Positions 47,851 through 60,000 of a DNA stretch of 64,000 nt are shown piece after piece (positions within the stretch are counted from its first letter, which is position 1; each line of letters begins with the position of its first letter). The notes under the pieces are model-generated. The model made no database searches, had not been told where the DNA came from, and saw nothing but the letters and a program-made list of their open reading frames with translations. This stretch comes from Lama guanicoe (taxonomy: Eukaryota). Location of the stretch: assembly GCA_013239625.1 (NCBI GenBank), contig MU054338.1:1242001-1306000 (forward strand). Direction: 5' to 3'. The position numbers and the translations under genes are program-made.

Positions 47851-48759
47851 GCTCTGGAAGGTTTTAAAAGGGGGAAAACCCACCTGTTGGAGGACGAAGC
47901 AATGGGATGGGTGCTGTTTGAGGTGGGTGCCGGATTTGGACCCTGGGAAGGGGAGAGCAGGTTCCAGCTTCGTGGTGAACAAAGGGAGCCTCCGGAAGGG
48001 AGGAGAAAAACGGTGCCCTGGGGTGTGGGCAGGGGCAGGGCAGCCAGGACTTCCACTAGCTTCACTCTGTAATCAGTACGACAGACACTGACAGACTAAA
48101 ACTTGGGGTGGGGAAGGGGGGGGCGGATGGGCGCTCAGGACTTTGGTGGGGGGACTGCAGCGGCCCGTCCTGACATGGGCCAGGGCAGGATTCTTGGTAT
48201 TGCTCAGCGCTGAGTCTGTAAAGTGGCCTCATAGGAGACCCTGAACTTTCTGCTGGGTGGAGGGAGAATGTAGAAGAAATGTAACAGAACAAGTCCAAGA
48301 TCACAAAGTGCAGGCAGGCGGTTGGGTGTGAAATATGTGAGGTGCTTCTGTATTCTATGCCGAAATGTCATCCAACAGTGCGCTCTGAATGCATGCAGCT
48401 CACTGCAAATCAACCGAGTCTCTAAAAAATGGTTTAAAAAGAAAGATGCAAGGGGCAAAGAGCACAAGTGAATAAAGACTGGAGGACCCTCACCCACAAA
48501 TGAGCGGTGGCGCTGGGTGGGAGCATCCCCGGCAATTTATTCTGCGCTTTGTGACCCTCTCTGGTGCGGAGATGCAGCCGTGAAGTCACCCAGTGGGCAG
48601 TGCGGACACGCCAACGCCCCCGCCCAGCCCCTGCCCACTGCTCGGGGACTCTGGGGACCAAGAAGCAAGAGCCCTGCTTTCAAAGGGCTGGGGTCCGGTG
48701 GGCGTGGGCCCTAAAATCCTGTGGACTTTCCATCCAAACCAGGAGGTGGGTCCCGGTTA

Positions 48760-49320
48760 GCGACACGGCGAGAGGGGGTGACCCTAAAGTGACATCTGTA
48801 ACCACCAGTTCGACCCAGGGCCGCCACAGCTCCCTCTCCTCCCTTCCTGAGCGCCCCGGCCTCCCGCCGCCCGCGTTCGCCCCGCGGAGGGACCCACCTG
48901 CCGCCCGCCGTTCCAAGGGCCAGGCCACGCTCGCCGCCGCCCAGCGTCCGCGGATCTGTGCCCGGCCCGCCGGCCAGCCCCGCCTCGCCGGGCTCTGCGC
49001 GCTACCGCCAGCCCCCCCGCCGGACCTACTTCCGCTCCCGGCCGAGGCCTCCCCGGAAGCGGAGGAGCTTGTACGGGAGGTGGTCGCGGGCGAGGAGCGC
49101 AGGCCGGGGGCGGGGCTAACAGAGGGACGGAACCTTATCTGGGAGTGGTGGTTCGTGGGCGGGGCCTGGGAGAGCGCCTTCAGTTGTCCGTTGCGGAGGC
49201 GGGGCCAACGTCGGGGGCGGGGCGCGAGCACGGCCCAGGAGGGCGCCGTTGGCGGGTGCGCGGCGGGGGGCGTGGCGCGGGAGGCGCCGTCGGTTGGCCG
49301 GCGGCGGGCAGGGGCGGGCC
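48760..49320. promoter_or_regulatory. Bidirectional CpG-island promoter of MOB3A (-) and IZUMO4 (+), including probable MOB3A non-coding exon 1
   Basis: Very CpG-dense; ETS-like acttccg/ccggaag at ~49028-49060; several GC boxes; minus-strand donor CAG|GTGGGT at 48898/48897; IZUMO4 ATG at 49321. Confidence 0.8.
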
Positions 49321-51743
49321 ATGGCCCTGCTGCTGTACCTGGGACTGACAGCGGCGCTGGCCCGCGGCTGCTTGCACTGCCACGGCAACTTCTCGGAGAA
49401 GTTCTCCTTCTACCGCCATCACGTGAACCTCAAGTCTTGGTGGGTGGGCGACATCCCCGTGTCGGGCTCGCTGCTCACCGACTGGAGTCAGGACACATTG
49501 AAGGAGCTGCACCTGGCCATCCCCGCGGAGATCAGTGAGTGCCGGGGCCCCGTCTGGGCGCGCCCCTGGCCCAGCCAGATCCAGCACCGCGCCGCTCACA
49601 CGCTTCCTCCCGTCCCCAGCCCGGGAGAAGCTGAACCAAGTGGCAAACGCCGTGTACAAGAAGATGGATCAGCTGTACCAGGGGAAGATGTATTTCCCGG
49701 GTAAGGGGGCGGCCGTCACGTGCGGGACACTGAGGCAGAGCTCACCTGCCCTGTCTGAGGCTGACCTCTCTTCTGCCTCCCCACCCCGTTAGGGTATTTC
49801 CCCAACGAGCTGCGAGCTATCTTCCGGGAGCAGGTGCACCTCATCCAGAATGCCATCATCGAAAGTGAGCAATTGAGGGCTGGGGTATGGAGGGTGCTGC
49901 CCAGGGCCTGAGGACCCAGGGCCACCAGAACATGTGTCTCCTTCCAGGCTGGGGGTCCCGGGGCCAGGGTATGGCTGGGGCTGGACTAATATGAAGAGGG
50001 CATCTGGCTTGGTGCAGCTGGATGTCAGAACTCAGGACAGAAAGAAGGGATGACACCTTGGGGAAGGGACCTTTTCATCCCGTGGATACCAAGGGGGCAC
50101 CTTGAGGGATAAATCCCACCCTCCCCAGCCACCTCCCCCCACTGGTCCCTGGAGGCCCTGAGCCGTGGGTGGCCTGGGTGGGCTAGAGCAGGGGACAGGA
50201 TAGGCCTACTAAGAAGGCGCCATCTGTGCTCTGGTCCCCCACAGGCTACATCAACTGTCAGCGTCACTGTGGTGGGTGAGCCTCTGTTCGGGTTGTGAGG
50301 TGCAGCTCGCAGCCCTGGGGCCCAGAGGGTAAGAGCCTGCTGCCACCTCTGCTGTGTTGCAGGCGTCTTCCAGTATGAGACCATCGCCTGCACCAACTGC
50401 ACAGACTCGCATGTCATCTGCTTTGGCTACAACTGCGAGTAGGGCTCAGGCGCGGGCAGATGTCTGTGCTGGGGGCCCCTGCCATGGGTTCCGAGACTCT
50501 CCATGGAGAGGCCCTCATCACCTGGGTGGGGGGATGGAAGCCCCCCAGCTGGCCCCTGAACGTGGGCCATGCCCCCTCTACGTCCCGTGTTCCCGCAGGT
50601 CACCTGTGCAGTGGGAGACCGCAGTGCAGGGCCTCCTCCAGTACATGTGAGTTAGGGCAGCTGGGTTCTCAGAGGGGAGCCCCATCGAGGCTTCTTGGCC
50701 CGACTCCAAACCTGCTGTCATTGTAGGAATATGTGGCACAAGTAAGTTCCCCCTCCCCAAACCCAGCATGAGTTTTACGAGGCACTGTGCACTCGCACCC
50801 ACAAGGGTGAGTATGGGCCAGGAGTCTTTGGGAGGGTCGCAGCCTCTTCCTCCGACGGTCTCTGAGCTCAGCTGGCACAAGGGGGCACATCCTGGTTAAA
50901 GGGACCCCATAGCCTGGTCCTAGCCCTCTCCCAAATGGGTGGCAGGGTGGTGATCAGAGCTGGGGAGGCCCCCGTGGTGGATGTGCACCTCCATAGAGAG
51001 GCCTAAGGCCACGGGCACAGCTCATTCCCAAGGCTCGGAGGTAACCAGGGCCCTGTCGTGTCTTTCAGACAGAACACCAACATGAGGTAAGGTCCCCCGG
51101 CCCGTACCCCTGGAGGGGAGGGCAGGGTGGCGTGGGGTTGTCTGGGCCAGTGGGGGTGGGCAGGGGTGCTGGATGGGGTGGGGCCGCCAGGCAGGGCTCT
51201 CTCTGCACCTGGAGTTGTGCAGACATGGCCTGCCACCACACCCGTGCCATCACCTCACGATAAACACGAGCCCCCCCCCCTCCTCCCGGCCTGGACGCCC
51301 AGAACCACTCCAGCATTGTGAGTGATCCGCGGCGGGGGGCTGCGGGGGGCCGGGCGGGCCCTGGGGCAGAAGCTGTGCCCAAGCCAGAGACTAAAATCCT
51401 GACTACAGCCAATTTACAGCCGGCCCCCCCACTGCCTTTTGCAGTGCCGGTGGTGGGAGTGTTGGGTGTAACCCTAATGCTGTCTTGAGGGTGTGAGCAC
51501 GGGCAGGACCCCCACAGGTGGCTTCGAGGGTCCGCCTGCGGCCCTGTCTCATGCCCCAGCTGGGAAGAGGGGCCCAGGCCCCAAGCAAAGACCCCCCCAG
51601 GGAGGGCAAGGTTGGGGAGAAGAAGGACTGGGGCACTCATGTCTCCCTGCAGCCTGGTATCACCAAGCTTCACGTGTCTGGGGCGCCCACATCTGGCCAA
51701 CCTGACTCTGGAGAAGGCCTCTGAGTGCCTGATGCAGCACTGA
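49321..51743 (+). CDS. IZUMO4: Izumo sperm-egg fusion protein 4 (218 aa), 10 coding exons
   Basis: Exons 49321-49534, 49620-49700, 49793-49864, 50245-50271, 50363-50438, 50599-50646, 50727-50741, 51069-51086, 51303-51317, 51653-51743; total 657 nt. Signal peptide then CLHC, Cys-rich Izumo domain, C-terminus ...HLANLTLEKASECLMQH*. The 51303-51317 exon is the least certain. Confidence 0.93.
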
Positions 51744-51945
51744 GGGCCCGGGGCCAGCCAGACTGCGGGCAGGACCAGGACCCTGCCAGACCGTCTCAGC
51801 CTGACCCTGTGGAGCAGGCCTGCTGCTGCCTTGGGTGCCCCACGTGCCAGGAGCCCTGGCCGGGGCAAGGGGAGGGTAAGAAGAGGCACGGGTTTGTATA
51901 TAGTACAGAGCCGGCGGGCGCGATCCCAGCTGTTTTGATAGAATG

Positions 51946-51951
51946 ATTAAA
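51946..51951 (+). terminator. IZUMO4: IZUMO4 polyadenylation signal ATTAAA
   Basis: Variant hexamer ~200 nt after the stop. Confidence 0.65.
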
Positions 51952-53100
51952 CATCCTTGACCTTTCTCACCGCAGGGGCAGTCCTTCTTGGGGGCTGGGG
52001 CCCCAGGCCAGGTGCGTCCAGGGTTGTGGCTGCAGGGCGTTCCACGCTGACAATTCATACCTGGGCAGGTGTGCAGGGAAACCAGCCTTGAGAACAAGTG
52101 GCTCTTCCGATGACTCAGTGAACCTGTCTGGTGACAACCAGGGCCAGCTTTGGGCATGGCGGGGCTCCTGTCACACCAGGCTGCCCCGGCTGAGGCTCAG
52201 GAACTGCTGACCCACTGCTTAGCTTCTAGAAAACATCTGACGTGGGTGGTGAGGGAGACAGGCCCAACCCAGCTGGATCCAGGGATGAACCCTGTTCAGG
52301 AGATGGGAAGGAGGCCTAGGGGTGAAGGGACTGCCAGAGGTACCTCCTGGGCCTGCAGATGCTGCCACGAGCCTGGCCATTTCCCAGCTTCCAGATGGCA
52401 GCTGAGCCCTCCTCTTGCTCCCCGTCCACGGGCGTCTTCCCGCTGAGGTGGGTCTCACACCACACTGGCCCCTGCTCACACAGGAACGTGGGTCAGGGCA
52501 GGGAAACGGGGAGCAGGAGACCCGGGAGGGACGCTCTGATGCCCCAGGACACGAGCTGGGTCCCATGCGCTGGAGCGGGCTGGGCCGATGACCAGGCAGG
52601 GGCACTCAAGGCCGCTCTGCCCACTCAGTGCGGAGGGGGTTTCAGTGCAGGGCTCCTCACCTGCCCACGTTTTAGGATTCAGATTGGAGTTGATTCAGGT
52701 TCTCCACCTGTTGACAAGACCCCTGTCCACAGTGTGTCCGTGAAGCCACCAGAAACGTGCGGAGTTAAAATGACAGCAGGGCCTTCTTTCCAGGACGCGC
52801 TCCCGCTGCTCACCTCATACACCCCTTACCAGAGGGGTTCCCAGCCCAGGGGCCTGGATGGCGTGTGACGACCACGTCATCTCCCAAGGGGACAAGGGTG
52901 CACGGCAGGAGGGGGTGGGGCTCCCCAGCATGCTGCAACCTCCATGAGGGTGCCCGGTAGCCCTCTGACCCCAAGCAGTTCAGGGACGGTCCAGAGGCCC
53001 GGCTGGGTGACGTCCCCCTCGTACTGTGTGACAGCTGCCCCAGTCGGGGGCACACACAGGCATGGGAAAAAGACCCACCAGGCAGCCATCTTTTTGCAGG

Positions 53101-53106
53101 TTTATT
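53101..53106 (-). terminator. AP3D1: AP3D1 polyadenylation signal AATAAA
   Basis: tttatt ~960 nt after the stop, at the end of an AU-rich stretch. Confidence 0.75.
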
Positions 53107-54064
53107 TGATCATCTTGACACAAAATCATTCCAGCAGCGTGATATGTCTCTCCTTTATACGGGAATGTCGATAGCAAATAAATTCTTATATAACACATCA
53201 TACAATTTCGAGATTCTAGAATCACTGCACAGGATTCTGCAATAGATTACTCTACATGCTGAAGTGACAGTTTTCATCAAAAGGAAGTTAAAACGTCATT
53301 GAGGACCATCATCTCTTGAGGGAAGTTCAGTCTCCCTGCCCGAAAAGCGCATTTCAGGGGCCCAGCTGCCCCAAGACACACGTGTTTCGCCGTTGAGGCC
53401 GAGAAGCCCGGGATGGGACCCTTCCACACGAGTGCGCAAGACGCAGGGACAAGACTGCAGAGCATCCAGCGACCAGAGGAGGGGTTGGGAACTGTGGTGC
53501 TCTACCACTCACCCCAACACCCTGCCTGGGCCACAAAAGCCACCGGGGCCATCCCCGCTGCACGGGGATCCCCACCTGCACAGATGGACACGGTGGGGGG
53601 ACAACGGACAGCAGCCTACAGGGCCTCTCCCACCGTGCATCCTGGGGGGACCTGACATTCAGTGTGAGGGGTGAAGGGAGTGTCTCCCTGGTGAGCAGCT
53701 GGCCCCCTCTTCACCCCCAGTTGCCACCAGGCAGGGGGTCTGGGGACTTGTGGGACCCGGACGACTTGACAGCAGCCGGATGGGCCGCCTCGCCGGTCCC
53801 TGCCAGGTCCCGGCCTAGGCAGTGGTCACCTCGCCCGTCCGGCAGCCCCTGCTGGTTTGGGGACTGGTATGGGGCTTCTCGCCAGAAGTGGAGAGAGTCA
53901 AAGTGAAAGGACGAGAGGATAAATCAACGCAACCCAGACCTTGGTGTCTACACAGTGGACGACAGTGGACTTCAATGAGCTCCAGGCCAGTGCAGCCTGG
54001 GGACAGAGCAGCCACCCGGAACGTGGTGCCACCTCCCATGAGCCCTCCGCGGTGGCCCTGGCGC

Positions 54065-57000
54065 TCAGCACTGGGCCAGGGTCCCCTTCATCTCCTCCAA
54101 CAAGTTGCTCAGCAGCGTTGAGTCGTTGCACTTCCCATCGACTGACACAGACTTCTCGCCCTGAAAAAGGGGGATGGCGACCGGGATGCTGAGACTGTGT
54201 GAAGGCGGGGCCTGGTGCTCGCATGCACCAGCAATGTTTCAAAATACTCCCCTATATGTTGGTGCTCTGATCCCCTTTAAAAGGGTTCCCAGGAACGATG
54301 GAGCAGATACGGTGCCCGCGTCTCCCCCAGAAGCAGCTACAGAACCTGGGCCGAGGCCAGAACCAGAGGGACCAGAATGGGGGCTCCAGGAGAGAGTGGC
54401 AGAGCGAGTGACGGAAGCCCCCCGTCCTGGCCGGGAAACTGGGGCCAGGCCAGGGAAGCCCCTGGTCCTCCCGCAACAAGTGTACCCAAGACGCAGGGAA
54501 CACACAGCCCTGCCCAGCCCGGCCCCAGGCAAACGTGTGAGGCAGCTCTGGGATGAAGGCTGTGAGAATGGCTGGAACCTACGTATCCACTGTCCCCACC
54601 AGCTCTCAAGAAGACCCAGAGTCTCGTCCATTCAGAACGTAGGATACAGTACAAAGTCATCTGGCACACCAAGGCCAGGGATACCTCAGCTCGACAGACA
54701 CCCACAGAGATGAAGCGGATGTCAGAGCCATCTGACAAGCTTTCGAGCACTACTACAGGCCTCTCCAATTAGCAATCACAAGCACTCTAGAAGCAAACAG
54801 AAAAACAGAGCATTTCAGCAAAGAAATGGAAGGACAAAAAACCCCAAATGGAACGTTTAGGTTGGAATACAGCAGCCAGAACTAGAAGCCCACGGGGTGG
54901 GCTTGGGAGCAGGACAGACGCGGCAGGAGGCAGTGAGCCGGGCAGGGCGGCGGGAGCGGCCCAGTCCGGACAGACGGCAGAAGGGGCTGGGCTGCGGCCG
55001 GGCAACCGGGCGCGTGAGGCTCGCAGCCCTGGGGCCCCAGGAGGAGAGGAGAAAGAGCGCAGGGCGAGAACGTACTTCAATAACAGCCGAGACTTCCCAG
55101 GGTTCGCACACGGCGTACGCGCACAGACTCAGTACGTTCAGCAGGCTCCGAACAGCCACGATGAACCCAAGGACGTCAACGCCCAGACACGTCACAGACG
55201 GCCGGAGACCGAAGACAAGGGTCTGCAGTGCCAGAGGGAAGCGGGGCGCTCCCCAGAGAGGAAGCATGATTCCCGTCGGAAACCACAGGTATCAAAAGGC
55301 AACGGCTTATTTTTAAGATACTGAGTGAAAAGGCTGGCGAAGCCAGAATTCTAGACCCAGCAAAAGTAGCCTTGAGAAAGACTGAAATAAAGAATAATCA
55401 GATGAAGGAAAACTAAGAGTTCCTAACCAACAAGTATGATCTAAAAAGCTCTTTAGACAGAAGAGAAACAAGCCACAAGAAAACGTGGGACATGGGGAAC
55501 GGAGGGGCAAGGGAACGCGGCCGTGTGGTGAGCGCAGCGGGCCCCACCCCGAGCTCCTGGGGGCCCGCACGCCCCCTGCGGCCTGCGGGCCTGCACCATT
55601 GGTGCGGGCAACGTGTTACGGCAACTCACGTGGGGAGGGGCAAGAGGCTGACACGGTGCGAGGTCTGTATGTTCCCCCCGAGTTCCAAGCAGACTGAAAA
55701 CTAAGTGCGTAATGGAACCCCGAGAGCCCCTCACCCCCCCATCAGACACAAGAAGACAGGGCTGCACAGCAGACACGAGCCACGGGGCACTGGTGGCGCT
55801 CGCATGCGCCACAGGAGGCAGGAGGGCTAAGAGGCCTGAGAACCAGAAGGACAAGCAGATACAGTGGGAGACAGAGCCAGACACACGAGTGATGCTTTCA
55901 GTACAAACGGCGTGAACACAGCAGCAGGAAGGCAAAGGCTGACGGGATGGATGAGGACACGTGGCCCGCGCTCCATGGCGTCCACAGGAGTTCTCCCCAG
56001 GGGAAGGATAAAGGCAGATGCACAGTGAAGAGTACCGTGTGAGCGCCAACCAAAGAAAAGCAGAAGTGGCTGGGCTGATACCACACTGGATTTCGTAGCA
56101 AAGAACACAGCCCGGGACGGAGAGAACACACATACTGGTGAGAGTTGTCAAGTGCCAAGATCCCACAACTCTCGTGGTCCACACAGCCAACAGCAGAGCT
56201 CCCCACGCAGAGCGAAGCCTGAGGAAGTGAAAGGAAAGACCGGCTGGCGACATGGGCTCACACGCCTGGCTCGCTCGCTGAGGGCCAGCGGAGGGGAATC
56301 TGCAGGCGCCCAGAAGCATCGAAAACGCCATCGCCCAGGGGGACCCAGGTGGCGTGCACCCAACATTCTAGGTGCCAGAAATCAGTGCCAGAAAAGCAAC
56401 AGGAAACTCTCCAAGTGCTTGGAAATTTGCACGCTTCTAATTAACCCATGGGTCAAAGAGGAAGCCGTGATAGACATTAGAAAATATTCTGAACCGTATA
56501 GAAGTGGAAACAAAACAAAAACTTGTGGGGTTCAGCTAAAGCAGCACTCGAGGGAAGCCTACAACACTAAACACTTGGAGACAGGTCTCTTGGAAAGGTC
56601 TGAGCTTTTGCCCTAAGGAACTCACGAGAGAGCAAAATAAACCTGAACAGGCAGAAGGAAAGAGATGTGCAGCCGAATGCAATCAGATTTTATTGTTTGA
56701 AACACAGTAACTTAAAAAAAATAGTTTTTAAACTGGTCTTTCAAAAGATCAGCGAAACAGATAAGCCTCCCGGCCGAGACAACCAAGGAAAACGGGAGAA
56801 GACACTGACTGCCAACGTGAGGGACGAGGCGGGCTGCTGTACTCGTCCCCTGGACACTGAAGGACACGGAGGGGACGGACGGCTCGACCCACGTCCACAG
56901 CCTGGGGGACACGCACCAATTCTCTGAAAACCACAAACTACCAAAAGGCACCCCAGAAAAAAACAGGCGAATCAAAGAGTCTTACAACTACTTAGGAAAG

Positions 57001-60000
57001 AAACTGAACTTGCAGATATAAAGCTTTCAAAAACCAGACCCAGATGATTTCCTTGGGGATTCCTCGTGAAGTCCAAGAAGAAAGACACTGACTACACGCA
57101 GTCTCCTCCAGGAGACGCAGGAGGGGACGCTTCCCAGCTCAGCCGGTGAGGCCACTAGTGACCCAACATTCCTCAGGGACACAGGCGCAGAGGGAGGGGA
57201 GGGAGGGGCTCACCTTCTTCACCAGGAGGCAGACGTGGTGGCCCTGGATGGAGCGGCTATACATGGAGGCGCAGGAGTCCACTCGTTCCACAACTGTGAC
57301 AGAGGGCAGGGGTGAGGCAGGCCACCTGGGGGCAGGGGTGGGGGCAAGCCACTCACCGGGAAAGCTAGGCCTTCCACTAGCCACGTCCAATCCCTTACCA
57401 GAAAAATGGTGATGGAAACAGATCTTTGCCAGAAGGTTCTGGAACGACATGCTGATGCCATCAACTTTGATGGAGCTCATGCTCAGGTCCCCAGACTCCA
57501 GCAACTTGGCGAAGGCATCACTGTGGGAAGGACACAGGACAGGGAGGGTGATGACGGGGGGTGCCAGGCATCAACGCACACAGAGACCCCAGCCCCAGGG
57601 TTGGGACCCCCTTTATGTGCTGGTGGCTCAGGGTTTCAAAGGGTCTCATAAGAAGTCAAGAGCTGAACTGTCCCCAAAACTACTATGTTGAAGTCCTGAC
57701 CCCCAGGACGTCAGGTTGGGACGGTATTTGGAGACAGAGCCCTAATCCAGCATGATCGAGGTCCCGATCAGGCAGATGTGCACAAAGGGACGGTCCTATG
57801 GGGACACAGGGAGAGAGGGTGGCCGTCTGCAGGCCAAAGAGAGAGGCCTCAGAAGGACCCAGCCCTGGAGACACTTTGGTCTCGGACGCCCAGCCTCCAG
57901 CACTGAAGGGGACCAATGCCTGCTGTCTGAGCCCAAGCCAACCAGCCCAGCAGATGGGCCGGGCTTTCTGCGCCGAACACGCGCTGGCCACCCAGCACTG
58001 CGTGCCTGTTCATGCCTCGGGTCAGAGGAGAGACAGTGGGGCAGGTGGACGGCGGCGCACCTGTAGCAGGGCGTGGTGATCAAGTATGAGGTGCAGGGGA
58101 AGTGAAGCTTGAAGTCCAGCTTCTCGTGGGTGGAGCCTTCATCGTTCTGCCGGGAGGGGGCACAGGTGAGGGGCGCGCCAGGCCTCGGGCTTGGGCACAC
58201 AGCCAGCCCTCAGAGCCCGGCCCTGGGTCTGGGGCCCTCCCCGTACCTTGGCGATGAAGGACAGGGTGCCCTTGAGCTTCTGTGCCATAACGATGCTCTG
58301 AATGGTGAACACAAACTGGGCTTCGTTGGAGATGCCTGGTGGAGGAGGAGGAGGGGCCTGAGAAGCAGCGAGGGGCAGGCGGGGGGCAGGGGCAGCGTGT
58401 GGCCAGGCAGCCGAGGCAGCACTCACCAGGGGGCAGCTGGAAAGGCACAGGGACGCCGTCATGGACAGAGGAGCCCTCTGGCCGGGCCAGCCGGGCGTTG
58501 AGCGAGTCCAGCACGTTGAGCTCCATGCTCTTGAGGAAGCTGCTGCTCTGGTTCTCCAGGACCATGGACACCGTGACCCGGCTGTCCTCCTGAAGGCTGC
58601 CCTGGACGTCGTATGTCTGCACACAGAAGGCTGGGGTTGGTGGTGCGGGGGCGCCCACCACAGACCCCTGTGGGCTGGGACGCGAGGCCCGAGGGCAGGT
58701 GAGCAACATCCGGTCTCCTGGTGCAGACCCAGGGGACAGCGGTCTGTTCCTCCCACGAGGAACCCGAGCTCCAGACTCCTCTGCAGCTTCCGGCTGTTCC
58801 GGGGCTGAGTGCAGTGAGCAGGCCGAGCCTCTAGCCCCCGCACAGCCAGAGAAAGGACCCTGAGCCTTCCCAAGCCCCTCCCTCTGAGACACCCGGGTCA
58901 CTCACCATTTTAATGTAAGAATTTTCAGCCAGAAGGCAGTAGCTGGACATGGGCTAGGAACAAAAGGGAAATGTTTCAGCTTCGGGTAGCGGGGACCCGA
59001 GGGTGACACCTGCTTACAGGACGAGGCCTGCTGTGAGCTGCCGAGTGCTCCAGGTGGAACACCAGGACCCCGGGGATGTCAGCCCGGTAGGTGGGCCAGA
59101 CCGGGGGTGGGGCGCGGCCCTGCCGCCTGGCCCAGGCTCCGGCGTGGGCAGCACCCTCACCGGGAGAGGCTCCTCATCCAGCGCGCCGTTCTCCACAGGC
59201 TCGGCAGCCCCTTCCCTCGATGCCTTCTTCCTGGATTTCTTCTTATCTTTGGGCCTCTCCTCTTTGTCCTTCTTATGTTTCTTTTTCTTATGTTTGGAAG
59301 GTTTCTAAAATAGGAAGAGGCTCAAGTCAACACCACGCCTTCCGACGAGCGGTGCACGGCCACACCCCCACCTCGAGACATGGGACCGAATGCGCCCAGG
59401 TACGGGGCACACGTGCCAGGGTGGGCGGGCCAGCAGTCCCCGGGAGCTCACTGCTCCGCCAGACGGTCCCTGCCGACTGGGGCCAAAGCACACAAAGGAA
59501 ACCAGGAGAACTGAGACCTGACGGCCCAGCAACCACAAACCTCAGTGTCCACTCAGGCCGACCAAGCACACACGTGCACATAACTCACACGCTAAGCATG
59601 ACTCACGGAGGCCAAAGTGTGGCAGCAGTGCAACGCCCGCAAACACGTGTCCCTCCACACGCGCGAGCATCACTCAGCCGTGAACAGGAGAGCAGCCCTG
59701 ACACCCGCCACCACGGGGACGGGCCCTGAGAGCACGGTGCTCAGGGGGAGAAGCAGACACAGAAGGACACACAGTGTGTGATCCGTGGATGTGGGGCGTC
59801 CAGAACAGGCCAGTCCCCAGAGACAGGGAGGGGGCTCCTGGCTGTCAGGGGCTGGGGGGGGACAGGGGTGGTTGCTGATGGGATGGGGTTTCCTTTTGGG
59901 GCATGGAATGTTCTGGAACTCGAGATGATGGTGACCCCACTCTGTGAGTGCACCACACACACATCAGCGAATGGCTTACTTTGAAGAGGTGAACGTCACA

